Below, piece by piece: positions 51,808-61,826 of a stretch of 64,000 nucleotides of DNA (positions are counted from its first letter, which is position 1; each line of letters begins with the position of its first letter). The stretch spans positions 212,059-276,058 of the forward strand of contig OY970361.1 of NCBI GenBank assembly GCA_963718555.1. Direction: 5' to 3'. Source of the stretch: an uncultured Methanoregulaceae archaeon (GTDB lineage Archaea > Halobacteriota > Methanomicrobia > Methanomicrobiales > Methanospirillaceae). Both the position numbers and the translations under genes were made by a program. The notes beneath the pieces were generated by a model, which saw only the letters and a list, made by a program, of their open reading frames with translations, was not told where the DNA came from and did no database searches.

Positions 51808-54443
51808 CTACCGGGTGAGCTCTTCGACCGTGGCAAGGAAGAGGTCCGCTTCCTCGCGCGTGTTGTACGGCCCGAGGCTGAGCCGTACGGTCCCGTCGGG
51901 CAGCCCCAGCCGCTCCATGAGGGGGATGCAGCAGTGGTGGCCCGACCGGACCATGATGTCGGCCGTCTCGTCGAGGCGCTGTGCAACCTCGTGGGGGTGC
52001 AGGCCGTCCACGGTGAAGGAGACTACGCCCACGCGCCGGGCAGGAGTGTCCGGGACATACAGGGTGACGCGGGGGAGCTTCCGGAGGCCGTCGATGATCC
52101 GGGTGGTGAGGGCCTGTTCGTGCCGCCGGACACGGTCCATGCCGATCCGCGTAAGGTAATCGGCCGCTACCCCGAGGCCGATCCCGCCGGCAATGTTGCC
52201 GGTGCCGGCCTCGTACCGCGGGTATCCTTCGGAGAGCGTGTACTCCGTCCCCTTCACCGACTCCACGCTCCCCCCGCCCAGCAGGAGCGGCTCGATCTCC
52301 GGCTCCTTCATCCAGAGCACGCCGGTACCGGTGGGGCCGAGCATCTTGTGGCCGGAGAAGGCACAGAAGTCGCAGCCGAGCTCCGCAACATCGACCGGCA
52401 TGTGGGGGACGGTCTGGGCCATGTCCGCCAGCAGCAGGGCACCGTGGTCGTGGCATATCTTCGCGATCTCCGCAACGGGCGTAATAACGCCGAGGACATT
52501 GGAGGCATGGGTGATCGCGACCAGGCGGGTCCTCTCCGTGATCGCGGACCCGAACGCTTCGAGGTCAAAGGAGTAGTCGTCCCGGATTCCCGCAACATCG
52601 ACCTCCACGCCCCGTCTTCCCAGGCGGTACCAGGGCAGGAGGTTGGAGTGGTGCTCGAGGATGGTCGTGAGTACCCGGTCGCCGGCCTTCCACGGGAAGC
52701 CCTGCGCCACCATGTTGATCGATTCGGTGGTGTTCTTCGTGAAGACCACCAGGCCTTCCTTTGCCCCGATGAAGCCTGCCACTTTCTCGTGGGCGTGCCA
52801 GTAGCGCTGGGACGCGATCTGGGTGAGGCGGTGGACCCCCCGGCCAACGTTTGCCCGGTAGTTGTGCTCGAATTCCACATGGGACCGGATCACCGGTTCC
52901 GGCGAGAGGCTGGTCGCTGCATTGTCGAGGTAGATCACCTCGGCAAGGAGCGGGAAATCCGCACGGATCTCCGCCACGTTGTACTCGTCCCCGGCTGGTT
53001 CCTGCATACCTGTTTCCACTGTTCTTCCTCCCCCGATATCAACTGTTTCATGCTCCTGCCGTACCGGCGTGGCAGCCCGGAGCGTGAAATCCTCGTTCAC
53101 GGCGATGCCTTTTTCCCGGCAGAGTTCCCGCATCTTTTTGGGAAGCGCCTTCCACCGCCAGAGCCCCCAGCGGCAGTAGGCCTCCGGCAGGCCCTTTTTC
53201 TCCGTCCACCGTTCCACGAAGGCGTCCCAGCGCCGGGTATATTCCGGGTGCGATATGCGGATCTGCTCGTACTCGCTCTCGAGCATTGCCGGGCAGAGGA
53301 AGCACCCGATACGCTCGATGCCCTGCTCGTAGAGCGGGTTCATGCCGGTTTTCTGCCACCAGAGATAGAGGAAGACCTCGAGCGCCCGCCAGTTCCGTAT
53401 GGGGGAGACATTGAGCTGGAGCGGGTTGTCGGGGTTCTGGCTCGTCTCCCCGAGGCCGGCCCGGTTCCAGGACTCGTACCACCGGTTCCCCTGGATCGTC
53501 ACGCAGGGGCCGACCTCCGCGAGGTAGAGCTTGAGGGGGCGCAGTTTCTGGAACTTGCAGCACCAGCGGTTGTCCTTGCCCGGCGGGCCGGCCTTCTCGA
53601 CTGCCTGCCAGAAGTCCCCGGCCCCGCTGACAATCTCCACGCCCTGCGACTTCACGAACGCGATGGTCTCGGGGAACTCGAGGCCGGTATCGATGAAGAA
53701 GGCCTTCGTCACACCGGCCTTCCTCGCGAGGTGGAGCACCGCCGTGCTGTCCTTGCCCCCGGAGAACGAGACGTTCGCGGTCGGCCGGTCGTGCATGTGG
53801 TGCCGGATCGTCCGGATCGCGTTCCGTTCCAGGTTCTTGAGGTGGTACCGGTTCCGTTCGATCGCCACGTCCCAGCCGGGTCCGGGCGGGTGCGGGGTTC
53901 AACCGCGATGAGTTCCTTTACCCTGACTGCCCCCTCTTTCACCACTCCCGTGCCGTACCGGGCCCGGTATTTCACGATCACGGTGCCTTCCGGGACGGGA
54001 ACCCTGAGGGAGATCCGTTTCCCGCCGATCCTCCCCTGCTCCTTCCGGGCATCGGTACTGGTGTCGAGATCGAGGACCCCTTTCGTTGCATGGGCAATAA
54101 TGAACGGGAGGGCTTCCGGGGCGATATCGAAAACAAATTTCCTGCCTACCGGGTCGAAGGTGAGCCAGCCGAACCGTTCACCGTGCATGATCACGAGGTC
54201 GGCACGGTCAACGCCCCCGGTCTTGTTCAGGAGGAGGATACGGGCCAGGGGGATATCGCCGAACTGTTCGCGTACGAGCCGCCGGATCAGGGCTGCGTCC
54301 GCAGAAAGCGCAGGGCGGAGGTCGTAGGGCTGGAGGAGATCGATCTTCCTTCCTTCCCTGCCGCACGCACAGCTCTTCGCGATCAGCGGGACGTTGCACG
54401 CATCACACCAGTACAGGACCTTCTTGACCGGCGGTTCACGCAT
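51808..54443 (-). CDS. Fusion of Zn-ribbon/PUA-like region, PAPS-reductase-family domain and SufS-type cysteine desulfurase; frameshift near 53878
   Basis: YWCDACNVP..C.CG; SFSGGKDS, WCCKFQK, RIGCFLCP; then YLDNAATS, EHHSN, FSGHKMLGPTG, RSGHHC with no stop between the latter two domains. Confidence 0.88.
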
Positions 54444-54648
54444 CACACCAGAGAGATGGAACCCTTCAGGAGATAAGAGAAGCGATGGCAGGCCTGCCCG
54501 GCGGGCAGCACCCGGCACAGAGCTACGGGTACTATCATCGGAGAGCGGAATCCCGCGCCAGACTGTTCATCGCCACATGGCCAGTCCCTTTGTGTAACAG
54601 CAAAGTATATACGAGTACAAATCCTGATGCGAAGATGGTGAAAGTACC

Positions 54649-55053
54649 ATGGTGAAACTGAACGCAGACATGAAAGAGGCTTTTTCAAAGATGAAGGTCT
54701 TCCCGGTTGCCACGGCTGCAAAAGACGGCACCCCGAACGTGGTCCCCCTCGCGATGGTCGAGCTCCACAATGATGAGACCATCTGGATCACGGACAACTT
54801 CATGAACAAGAGCCTGTCCAACCTCAGGATCAACCCGAAGTGCGCGATCTACATCTGGGGGCCGGAGATCAAGGGCTGCTTCCAGATCAAGGGAGTGACC
54901 TCCATCAAGACGAGCGGACCGGAGTACGAGGAGATGAAGGCAAATATCAACAGGAAGAGGCCGGAACTCCCCGCACGCTCACTTGTCATTATGAAGATTA
55001 CGGAAGTCTTCGAGTGCAAACCCGGGCCGAATGCCGGGGTAAAACTCATCTGA
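54649..55053 (+). CDS. Pyridoxamine 5'-phosphate oxidase-family FMN-binding protein
   Basis: VATAAKDGTPNV, DNFMNKSLSNL..NP, FQIKG, PGPNAG. Confidence 0.87.
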   Translation: MVKLNADMKEAFSKMKVFPVATAAKDGTPNVVPLAMVELHNDETIWITDNFMNKSLSNLRINPKCAIYIWGPEIKGCFQIKGVTSIKTSGPEYEEMKANINRKRPELPARSLVIMKITEVFECKPGPNAGVKLI

Positions 55054-55168
55054 TTTTTTTGGAGGCTTTTTTCAGGGAACGGTGCCGGGCCGGGAGCGCC
55101 GGCACCAGCAGGAACGGGCGGCCGGGCCGGGACAGGACCGGGGAGAGAAAAGGGGTATTGTTCCTGGG

Positions 55169-55897
55169 TTATTTCGAGCCCGGGGCTGCGGTGACCACGC
55201 GGAGGGCTTCGATGATCTCGGGCAGGATCTCCGCCGGGATACCCATGACCATTTCGGCGTCATCGATACCGGAAAACTTCCGGGAACCGTCGCACCCCAG
55301 CGAGAAATTGACCCTGCCGGTCAGATAGGTCTGGGCACAGGCATCGGCACAGACCGACTGGATGCCGGAGAACTCCGCGTTGATCCTGCCGCCTACGCGG
55401 AAGAGGGTGCTCTGGGCGAGCTTCAGCATGGTCCACGGGGTGGCGACGATGAGTATCACCTGCGGGTCGAACGGCGTCTTCTCGAGCGGTGCGTACAGGG
55501 TCGCATAGGTGTCGCCCGGAGTGAGGTGGGAGACCCGGTCGATCGTCCGCTTGCAGGCAGCAGAGCTCTCGAACTTGCCGAGCTTGTAGTAAAAATCGCC
55601 GTTCTTCAGGGTCTCGGTGATCTCCCTGAGACCGAGCGACCATGCGCCCCCGTTGCATTCGTGGTTTTCAGCAAGGGCGTAAAAGATCTTCCCTTCCTTT
55701 CGTGCAAGCCCGATCATCGAGCAGTGCCGGATCGTCTTGTCCAGTTTCTGCATGCCTTCGGGAATCTCCTCCTTCTTCGTGGCGAACCGGAACGCCACCG
55801 GGGAACCGGAGAGCTTCAGGAGTTTTTTCAGGGTCTCGGCAGCCTCTGCATAGTTGATGGGTATCTTTACACCGGATGTCATGGTATCGGCCTCCAT
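55169..55897 (-). CDS. DUF169 family protein
   Basis: SPVAFRF, RHC, C.GG..SLG, QSVCAD, SLGCDGSR. Confidence 0.85.
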   Translation of the reverse strand: MEADTMTSGVKIPINYAEAAETLKKLLKLSGSPVAFRFATKKEEIPEGMQKLDKTIRHCSMIGLARKEGKIFYALAENHECNGGAWSLGLREITETLKNGDFYYKLGKFESSAACKRTIDRVSHLTPGDTYATLYAPLEKTPFDPQVILIVATPWTMLKLAQSTLFRVGGRINAEFSGIQSVCADACAQTYLTGRVNFSLGCDGSRKFSGIDDAEMVMGIPAEILPEIIEALRVVTAAPGSK

Positions 55898-56054
55898 CCC
55901 GGAGGATGGCTGTAACTACACCATATCGTGCAGACCACTTAAACCTAGTGAAAATGCCACTCACCGTTCTCGATTGTGATGGCCCGGCGGGGGCAGAGAA
56001 TTACGGTTTTCGGGAAGCAGCGGGATGAGAAATGGAGGGGAGACCGTTGCCGGG

Positions 56055-56615
56055 TCACAGGCCAAGGTGTTCCAGTACCAGCAGGAACCCGATCATGCAG
56101 GCTTCCAGAATAACGATCACGATCCAGAGGTTGAGGTGGAGAAATTCCGGCACGGTTACCGCAGGGAACGGCCCGCGCACGAGGAACGTGGCCCGGATCT
56201 TCGGGTAGAGTTCCGCGAAGAGACCGGCTCCGATCAGCATCCCGACCATGCCGCCGAAGAGTGCATCGAGCGCCCCGGTCCCGACTGCGCCCGCGACGGT
56301 CCCCGGGCAATAGCCGAGCAGGGCAAAGCCTGCGCCGAATATGAGCCCCCCGACAATATTCGCTCCATAAGTCCCTTCGGCTGCATGGGACCTTACGTAC
56401 CCGTAGTGTTTCAGCAGGTGGAACCCGATCATCCCGACGATCACCGCCGAGAGCATCACTTTCAGGACCGTAAAGTCGGTGAGCAGGAGCTGCCCTTCGA
56501 TCACGTTATAGTCCGTCACGCCGCCTTTCTGCAGGAGAAAACCAAAGCAGATGCCGAAGAGGAGCCCCAGGACGATCTGGAGCCGGGAATCCGTGCGTAT
56601 CGCATCGAGCGTCAT
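56055..56615 (-). CDS. YeeE/YedE-family sulfur transporter half 2
   Basis: GLLFGICFGFLLQKGG, GGLIFGAGFALLGYCPGT. Confidence 0.85.
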   Translation of the reverse strand: MTLDAIRTDSRLQIVLGLLFGICFGFLLQKGGVTDYNVIEGQLLLTDFTVLKVMLSAVIVGMIGFHLLKHYGYVRSHAAEGTYGANIVGGLIFGAGFALLGYCPGTVAGAVGTGALDALFGGMVGMLIGAGLFAELYPKIRATFLVRGPFPAVTVPEFLHLNLWIVIVILEACMIGFLLVLEHLGL

Positions 56616-56620
56616 TCGTT

Positions 56621-57148
56621 TCACGCCCCCCCGATCACGCGGTAGAGGAGCAGGGCGACCGCGATGCCCCCGGCAAAGAAACAGCCGGCCGAGACGATGC
56701 TGGCAAGCGAGAGCTGGATCGACCCGTTGATGCCATGGCCGCTCGTGCAGCCCCCTGCCCACCGGGCGCCGAACCCGAGAAGGATACCGCCGGCGAGCGC
56801 GACGAGGACCCGCAGGAGCGGGTCGGGCCCGAAGGTCTTTTCCCAGAGAGTGGGGACCCAGAGGAGATGGAACTGTCCGGACAGGAGCACGGAGATATAT
56901 GCCCCGATTATCACCCCCGGAATGATCATCAGGGCCCAGTCGATCCGTGGTACGATCTCCTGGTAATATTCCATGGCGTTCACTTTTTTCGCGTTGAGGG
57001 CTTTCCCGATCAGCCCGCGGGCCTTGACAAATGCCAATGAACACCCTATCGGGCGGTCGGAGAGCAGGAAAGCAAGACAGGACAGTACACCTATTCCGGC
57101 ACCGGCCAGGTATGGCGACCATGTCGCCTGTGTGAGGAGTTCAAACAT
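56621..57148 (-). CDS. YeeE/YedE-family sulfur transporter half 1
   Basis: WSPYLAG, GFGARWAGGCTSGHG. Confidence 0.87.
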   Translation of the reverse strand: MFELLTQATWSPYLAGAGIGVLSCLAFLLSDRPIGCSLAFVKARGLIGKALNAKKVNAMEYYQEIVPRIDWALMIIPGVIIGAYISVLLSGQFHLLWVPTLWEKTFGPDPLLRVLVALAGGILLGFGARWAGGCTSGHGINGSIQLSLASIVSAGCFFAGGIAVALLLYRVIGGA

Positions 57149-57265
57149 ACTCTTTTGCCCCTGCCGCTGATCATGGGCAGATATACCTGATATTCACCGG
57201 CAGCAGGGATAAAAATGTTCGCCCAGAGCCGGATCCACCCGTTGCGTGCCGTATCCCGGTACCCA

Positions 57266-57487
57266 TCAGTCGCTGATGCTGATGATCTGGACCGGGCAGA
57301 GGTCTGCCGCGTCCCGGGCACAGGACTCCATGTCTGCCGGGGGCACGCCTTCGGCGATATTCTCCCCGGCCCGGTATTTTCCTATAATCCGGCTGAACGA
57401 GTCGGCGGGGTCCTGTTCGAAGAAGCCGGGGCAGGTATCCCAGCATGACCCGCAGCTGACGCAGGCCGGCCGATCGATCTTCACCAT
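57266..57487 (-). CDS. Monocluster ferredoxin
   Basis: CVSCGSCWDTCP...AADLCPVQII. Confidence 0.88.
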   Translation of the reverse strand: MVKIDRPACVSCGSCWDTCPGFFEQDPADSFSRIIGKYRAGENIAEGVPPADMESCARDAADLCPVQIISISD

Positions 57488-57685
57488 CATGGATATGTTC
57501 TCCGTTCTTGTGCATTACCAACCGGATGCAATAAAGATAACCCTGTCAGGCACGTGAGCGCACCGGGTACCTGATCGTTATGCCCCCAGACTCCCGGGCC
57601 ATGGCCGGATGCCCGGCTCCGGTTGCAGCTCATCCGACCGCTAGGCTGACAACCCCCGGACACCAATACTTCCCTGAAGGTCGCT

Positions 57686-58408
57686 ATGAATCTTGATAAC
57701 CGGATCAACATACTGGCAAAATCCCTCGGTACCGATTACTACGGGGTCGCGGACCTTGCCGCTGCACGGGACTTCATCGGGATGCAGGGCGGGGCAGGGG
57801 TCTCCCGGTACCCGCGGGCAGTCGTCATGGGAATCCGGCTGCTCGATTCTCTTGTCGATCTCCTCCCGGAACACGATGACCCCGTAGTTGCCGGTCTCTA
57901 CCGGCACCATGCATACGACGTCGTAAACCAGGCACTCGACCAGATCTCCCTTCGCGTGGCGGACACGATCCAGCAGGCCGGTTATCCGGCGTTCCCCGTC
58001 CCGGCATCGAAGCGGGCGGGCGACGGGCAGATCGCCGGGATATTTTCCCAGAAACTCGCAGCCCGCATGGCCGGTCTCGGCTGGATCGGCAAAAGCTGCC
58101 TGCTCGTCACGCCGGACCACGGGCCCCGGGTGCGGTGGATTTCCGTCCTGACTGCCGCCCCGCTCGCACCTACCGGCACACCCATGGCGCCGCGGTGCGG
58201 GAAATGCACAGCCTGCGTCGATGCCTGCCCGGTACAGGCATTCACCGGCAGGGCCTTTTCTCCCGATGAACCGCGGGAGGCCCGCTTCGATGCGGCTGCA
58301 TGCGACCGGTACTTCCGGGAGATGGAAACCGCCGGGCGCCTCCCGGTCTGCGGCATGTGCCTCTATATCTGCCCGTACGGGAGGAAAAGCCCGGGCGGTA
58401 TCTCCTGA
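57686..58408 (+). CDS. QueG/reductive-dehalogenase-like 4Fe-4S protein
   Basis: AARMAGLGWIGKS, GPRVR, CGKCTACVDACP, CGMCLYICP. Confidence 0.8.
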   Translation: MNLDNRINILAKSLGTDYYGVADLAAARDFIGMQGGAGVSRYPRAVVMGIRLLDSLVDLLPEHDDPVVAGLYRHHAYDVVNQALDQISLRVADTIQQAGYPAFPVPASKRAGDGQIAGIFSQKLAARMAGLGWIGKSCLLVTPDHGPRVRWISVLTAAPLAPTGTPMAPRCGKCTACVDACPVQAFTGRAFSPDEPREARFDAAACDRYFREMETAGRLPVCGMCLYICPYGRKSPGGIS

Positions 58409-58452
58409 AAAACGCTTTTTGAAAAAGGCAGTCAGGGAAAAAAGGGACTGGT

Positions 58453-58976
58453 TCACGGCCGGGCAACCGGCACTGCCGTATCGGTGGTAGCAATCCGGTA
58501 TATGGTCCCGTCAGTGTACTGGTAATTCGTCGCGTACTCCTTCCCGTCCAGGACGATGAAATAGTTCGCGGTCTGGTACTGGTAACCGGCGTCCGGGTAG
58601 AGGATGACGGTCGTCGCCGCGGGGCCGGCTCCCCCATCTCCCCGGCATCGAAGACATATTCGTTCCCGTCCGGGTATTGCATGATCATCTTCACGGATGA
58701 GTAAGCCCCGCCGCTGATGGTGAGTATTCCCTGGAACCGGTACATGGATCCGGTGCCGCTGTCTGTTCCCAGGTTCTGCTGCTCGATCCGGGCAAGTTCC
58801 GTTGCCGGGACCGCCGTGATGATCGGGCCGGGCGTCTCCTCCGGTGTGGTCACCGCGGGAGGCGGAGAGGGCTGTGCGGCAACCGGCGTCCCTGAGGGGG
58901 CCGTGTACATACACCCGGCGAGACAGGAGATGAGAAAGAGGAGGAAGAAAAAAACGAGTACGGTATTTTTTCTCAT
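58453..58976 (-). CDS. Putative lipoprotein; frameshift near 58632
   Basis: MRKNTVLVFFFLLFLISCLAGC lipobox; Pro/Thr linker; C-terminus continues in adjacent frame. Confidence 0.7.
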
Positions 58977-59189
58977 GATCAAAGCTGGCGATGAATATCC
59001 TTTAAGATTCCGTTTGGACGCGGGTGCGGGAATACCTTCCTGACGATAAGGCATGGGACTGAAACGATACTGGTACTGTAAGGGTTCGGTCCGGGAATAA
59101 CGGCTATAGGAAGGCATCCCCTGCGGGAATGGGCATTGCCGAAGGACCAGGACATGCCTCGCGGCACCGGGTACGCTCACGCAACAGGA

Positions 59190-60005
59190 TCACATCATGC
59201 CCATCAGGACTTTCTGCTGGAACATGACGATGGCGATGATCAGGAGCAGGACACCGAATACCTTCTTGATCTGTTCTTCCCTGATATGCGGGGCGATATT
59301 TGCCCCTATGAATGCGCCAAAGGCAGCTCCGGCCCCGTACACCGCCAAGAACGGCCACGCGATCTGGCCGAGAACACCCTGGGTCACCGCGCCGGTGAGA
59401 GAAACGAGGATAATGGCGAACATCGAAGTCGCAACCGCATAATGGACCGGGATGCCTGCGGAGGCAAGAGCCGGTACAAAGATGACCCCGCCGCTGTTAC
59501 CCGTTGTTCCGCTCAGGAGGCCTCCGGCAGCACCCCAGAAGATGAGGTGGGAGTACCAGATACGGGCAACCGGCTGGGTGCCCTGGTGCGGGACGCTCGC
59601 CGTAAGCACGAACGAGGGCCCGTACTGTATCTCCCTGAGGAACCGGAACCGCGGGAAGAGCATCTCGATGGAGATTATGGTGAGGATGATACAGAAGACA
59701 ACAACGAGAACCCGGGGATCGACAAGCGTGGTGAGGTACGATCCCGCCACCGCACCGAACATGCTGGGGATGAGGAGGATCAGCGCCACTTTGAAGACGA
59801 TCACTCCTTGCTTCCGGTACCAGAACGAGGCGGAGAGCGAGGAGAAGACCATGATCGCGAGGCTCGTTCCGATCGCGGTCTTCGGATCGATCCCGAAGAC
59901 CAGGGTGAGGGTGGGGACATACAGGAAGCCGCCGCCAAGCCCGATGACGGCGGCAACGATACCGATCCCGAGCGAGATCAGGTACGCGGCGTAATATTCG
60001 ATCAC
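59190..60005 (-). CDS. TauE/SafE (TSUP) family sulfite exporter
   Basis: GLGGGFLYVP, AIGTSL, GLLSGTTGNSGG, AVATS repeats. Confidence 0.88.
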   Translation of the reverse strand: MIEYYAAYLISLGIGIVAAVIGLGGGFLYVPTLTLVFGIDPKTAIGTSLAIMVFSSLSASFWYRKQGVIVFKVALILLIPSMFGAVAGSYLTTLVDPRVLVVVFCIILTIISIEMLFPRFRFLREIQYGPSFVLTASVPHQGTQPVARIWYSHLIFWGAAGGLLSGTTGNSGGVIFVPALASAGIPVHYAVATSMFAIILVSLTGAVTQGVLGQIAWPFLAVYGAGAAFGAFIGANIAPHIREEQIKKVFGVLLLIIAIVMFQQKVLMGMM

Positions 60006-60202
60006 GGGGGGCTCCTTCTCCTTGGGGGGTATCCTCTCGTACGGGCTGTACAGCCATAGCTCTTCCCGGGATACAGATTAAGATTCCGGTTTATCCGGAT
60101 GGAAAATGGGCCGAACTTATAATACCTGTCGCGATTCGCCCGGCCGCCCTGAACCGCAGAAAAGTCCGGTTCTGCCACACATTTAAAAAAAACTGACGGC
60201 GA

Positions 60203-61315
60203 TCAGACCGGCAGCGGCATCCCCGATGCCTCGAGTTTTTCCTCGATCTCCCGGATTGTTGCCAGCTTCGCCCGGGTAGAGGGCCCGCACGGGACCGCGG
60301 TGCAGCCGGATGCTTTTGATATAGACTCGGCGAACGTCCCGATCTCCCGGGCAATCCTTACGGTCTCTTCCTTGTCAAACCCGATCAGTGGACGGTGGAT
60401 CGGCACATCGGAAGCGGCATCGGTCAGGACAGCCAGGTTGTCAAGGGTCTGGCTTGCCACCTGCCCGAGGGACTCCCCGGTAACTATCCCCTTTGCCCCG
60501 GCCTGCAGTGCATATGCAGTTGCCACGCGGTACATCCGGCGCTTGCAGAAGATGCAGGTGTATTTCTCGAGATGACGGCGGACCAGTTCCTGTCGTGCCG
60601 CCGCCAGGTAGGGGTCCTTTATCACCACCAGCCTGATACCGGGCTGGTACCTGGCAAGGACTTCCACCACCCGCTCTGCCCGGGCGATGGTCGTCTCGTC
60701 AAGAAAGGTATCGAGCGCGACAAAGAGCGGGACAATCCGGCAGCCCCGCTTCATCATCATCCATGCGGCGACCGGGGAGTCAATGCCCCCGGATACGAGG
60801 GCTACCAGCGTTCCCTCAACGCCGAGCGGGAGTCCCCCGGCGGCTTTTGTCACGGCGTCGTACAGATACGCCTCGCTCGCCCGGATCTCCACATGGATCT
60901 CCTTGTCGGGATTGGCGAGGTTCACCTTGAGGTGGGGGAACTCGTGTCGCAGGAGGGTGCCGTACTCGATCGCCTTGTCATTGGACGTAAATGCGTGTTT
61001 GCCGACCCGCTTCATCCTGATCGCAAAGCTCTTTGCCTTCTCAATCCCGTGCCGGCGGCAATAATCGGGAAGGAAAGACCCGATCTCATCGAGCCGGATG
61101 TGTTCGACTTCCGAGAACGAGACGATCCCGAAGATGTTTTTCAGCAGTACGGGCTTCACATCCCCGTCAAGCCAGATCCTGCCCCGCTCGTTCCGGACAT
61201 GGACCCCGGGCATCACCTCGCGGATGTTGGCGATCAGGGTATTCTCCCACTGCCGGCGCACCGGGTCGGATTTTAAGAATATTTCAGAGTATCGTACAAG
61301 CCACTGGTTCTTCAT
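60203..61315 (-). CDS. thiI: tRNA 4-thiouridine synthase ThiI (Fe-S type, no rhodanese)
   Basis: RYSEIFLKS, THUMP, SGGIDS PP-loop, CIFC, GESLGQVASQT, third Cys in SGCTAVP. Confidence 0.93.
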   Translation of the reverse strand: MKNQWLVRYSEIFLKSDPVRRQWENTLIANIREVMPGVHVRNERGRIWLDGDVKPVLLKNIFGIVSFSEVEHIRLDEIGSFLPDYCRRHGIEKAKSFAIRMKRVGKHAFTSNDKAIEYGTLLRHEFPHLKVNLANPDKEIHVEIRASEAYLYDAVTKAAGGLPLGVEGTLVALVSGGIDSPVAAWMMMKRGCRIVPLFVALDTFLDETTIARAERVVEVLARYQPGIRLVVIKDPYLAAARQELVRRHLEKYTCIFCKRRMYRVATAYALQAGAKGIVTGESLGQVASQTLDNLAVLTDAASDVPIHRPLIGFDKEETVRIAREIGTFAESISKASGCTAVPCGPSTRAKLATIREIEEKLEASGMPLPV

Positions 61316-61322
61316 CACTGGT

Positions 61323-61826
61323 TCACCGCACCCCGCACGTGTGTTCCGCATCCCCTTCCTTGAACGGGTGGTGGCAGTACGGGCACATGAAATCGCATTC
61401 TGTCCCTTCATACGGGCAGATGGTCATCGAGAGATCGGCAAGCGGATGACCCTTTCCCCGTATCTCGAACTCCTTGTACCAGCCGAACGGGGCACGTTTC
61501 ACTTCAACGTCTTCATCAGTGAGCGCAGATTCCAGGCCTTTGAGAATCTCCAGTGCAACCGACGGGGAGCCGAGCGTACTGGTCAGGTGGGCGTAGGGAT
61601 AGATCAGCACCCGGTTTACATGGAGCATGCCAAGCCGTTTCCGGACTCCCGCTGTCGCACTCCGTATTACCTGAATCGGGTCTTTCTCGTCCAGTTTCTC
61701 AACACAGCAGAAGAGGACTACGCACTCCTCCATCCGGTCCTCCCGGATTTCCGCAGGTTCTGCCATCTTGGTCTTCTTAGTTGCATGGTACCACATGCGA
61801 TCGGCATGAATGGAGAGGATCCTCAT
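61323..61826 (-). CDS. Free-standing archaeal ThrRS editing domain (Ser-tRNA(Thr) hydrolase)
   Basis: [31 protein letters not shown]; extra Cys/His tail. Confidence 0.88.
   Translation of the reverse strand: MRILSIHADRMWYHATKKTKMAEPAEIREDRMEECVVLFCCVEKLDEKDPIQVIRSATAGVRKRLGMLHVNRVLIYPYAHLTSTLGSPSVALEILKGLESALTDEDVEVKRAPFGWYKEFEIRGKGHPLADLSMTICPYEGTECDFMCPYCHHPFKEGDAEHTCGVR

Noticed and set aside
51934-54327. 797-aa + strand ORF and other long antisense ORFs (4836-6098, 26342-27727, 31562-32800, 13167-14300)
   Set aside because: These are shadows of well-supported genes on the opposite strand in high-GC DNA, with no recognisable motifs
51808-54443. Dnd/Pbe DNA phosphorothioation defence locus
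   Set aside because: Only DndA- and DndC-like activities are present, as a fusion; no DndD ATPase, DndE or restriction genes, and the context is housekeeping
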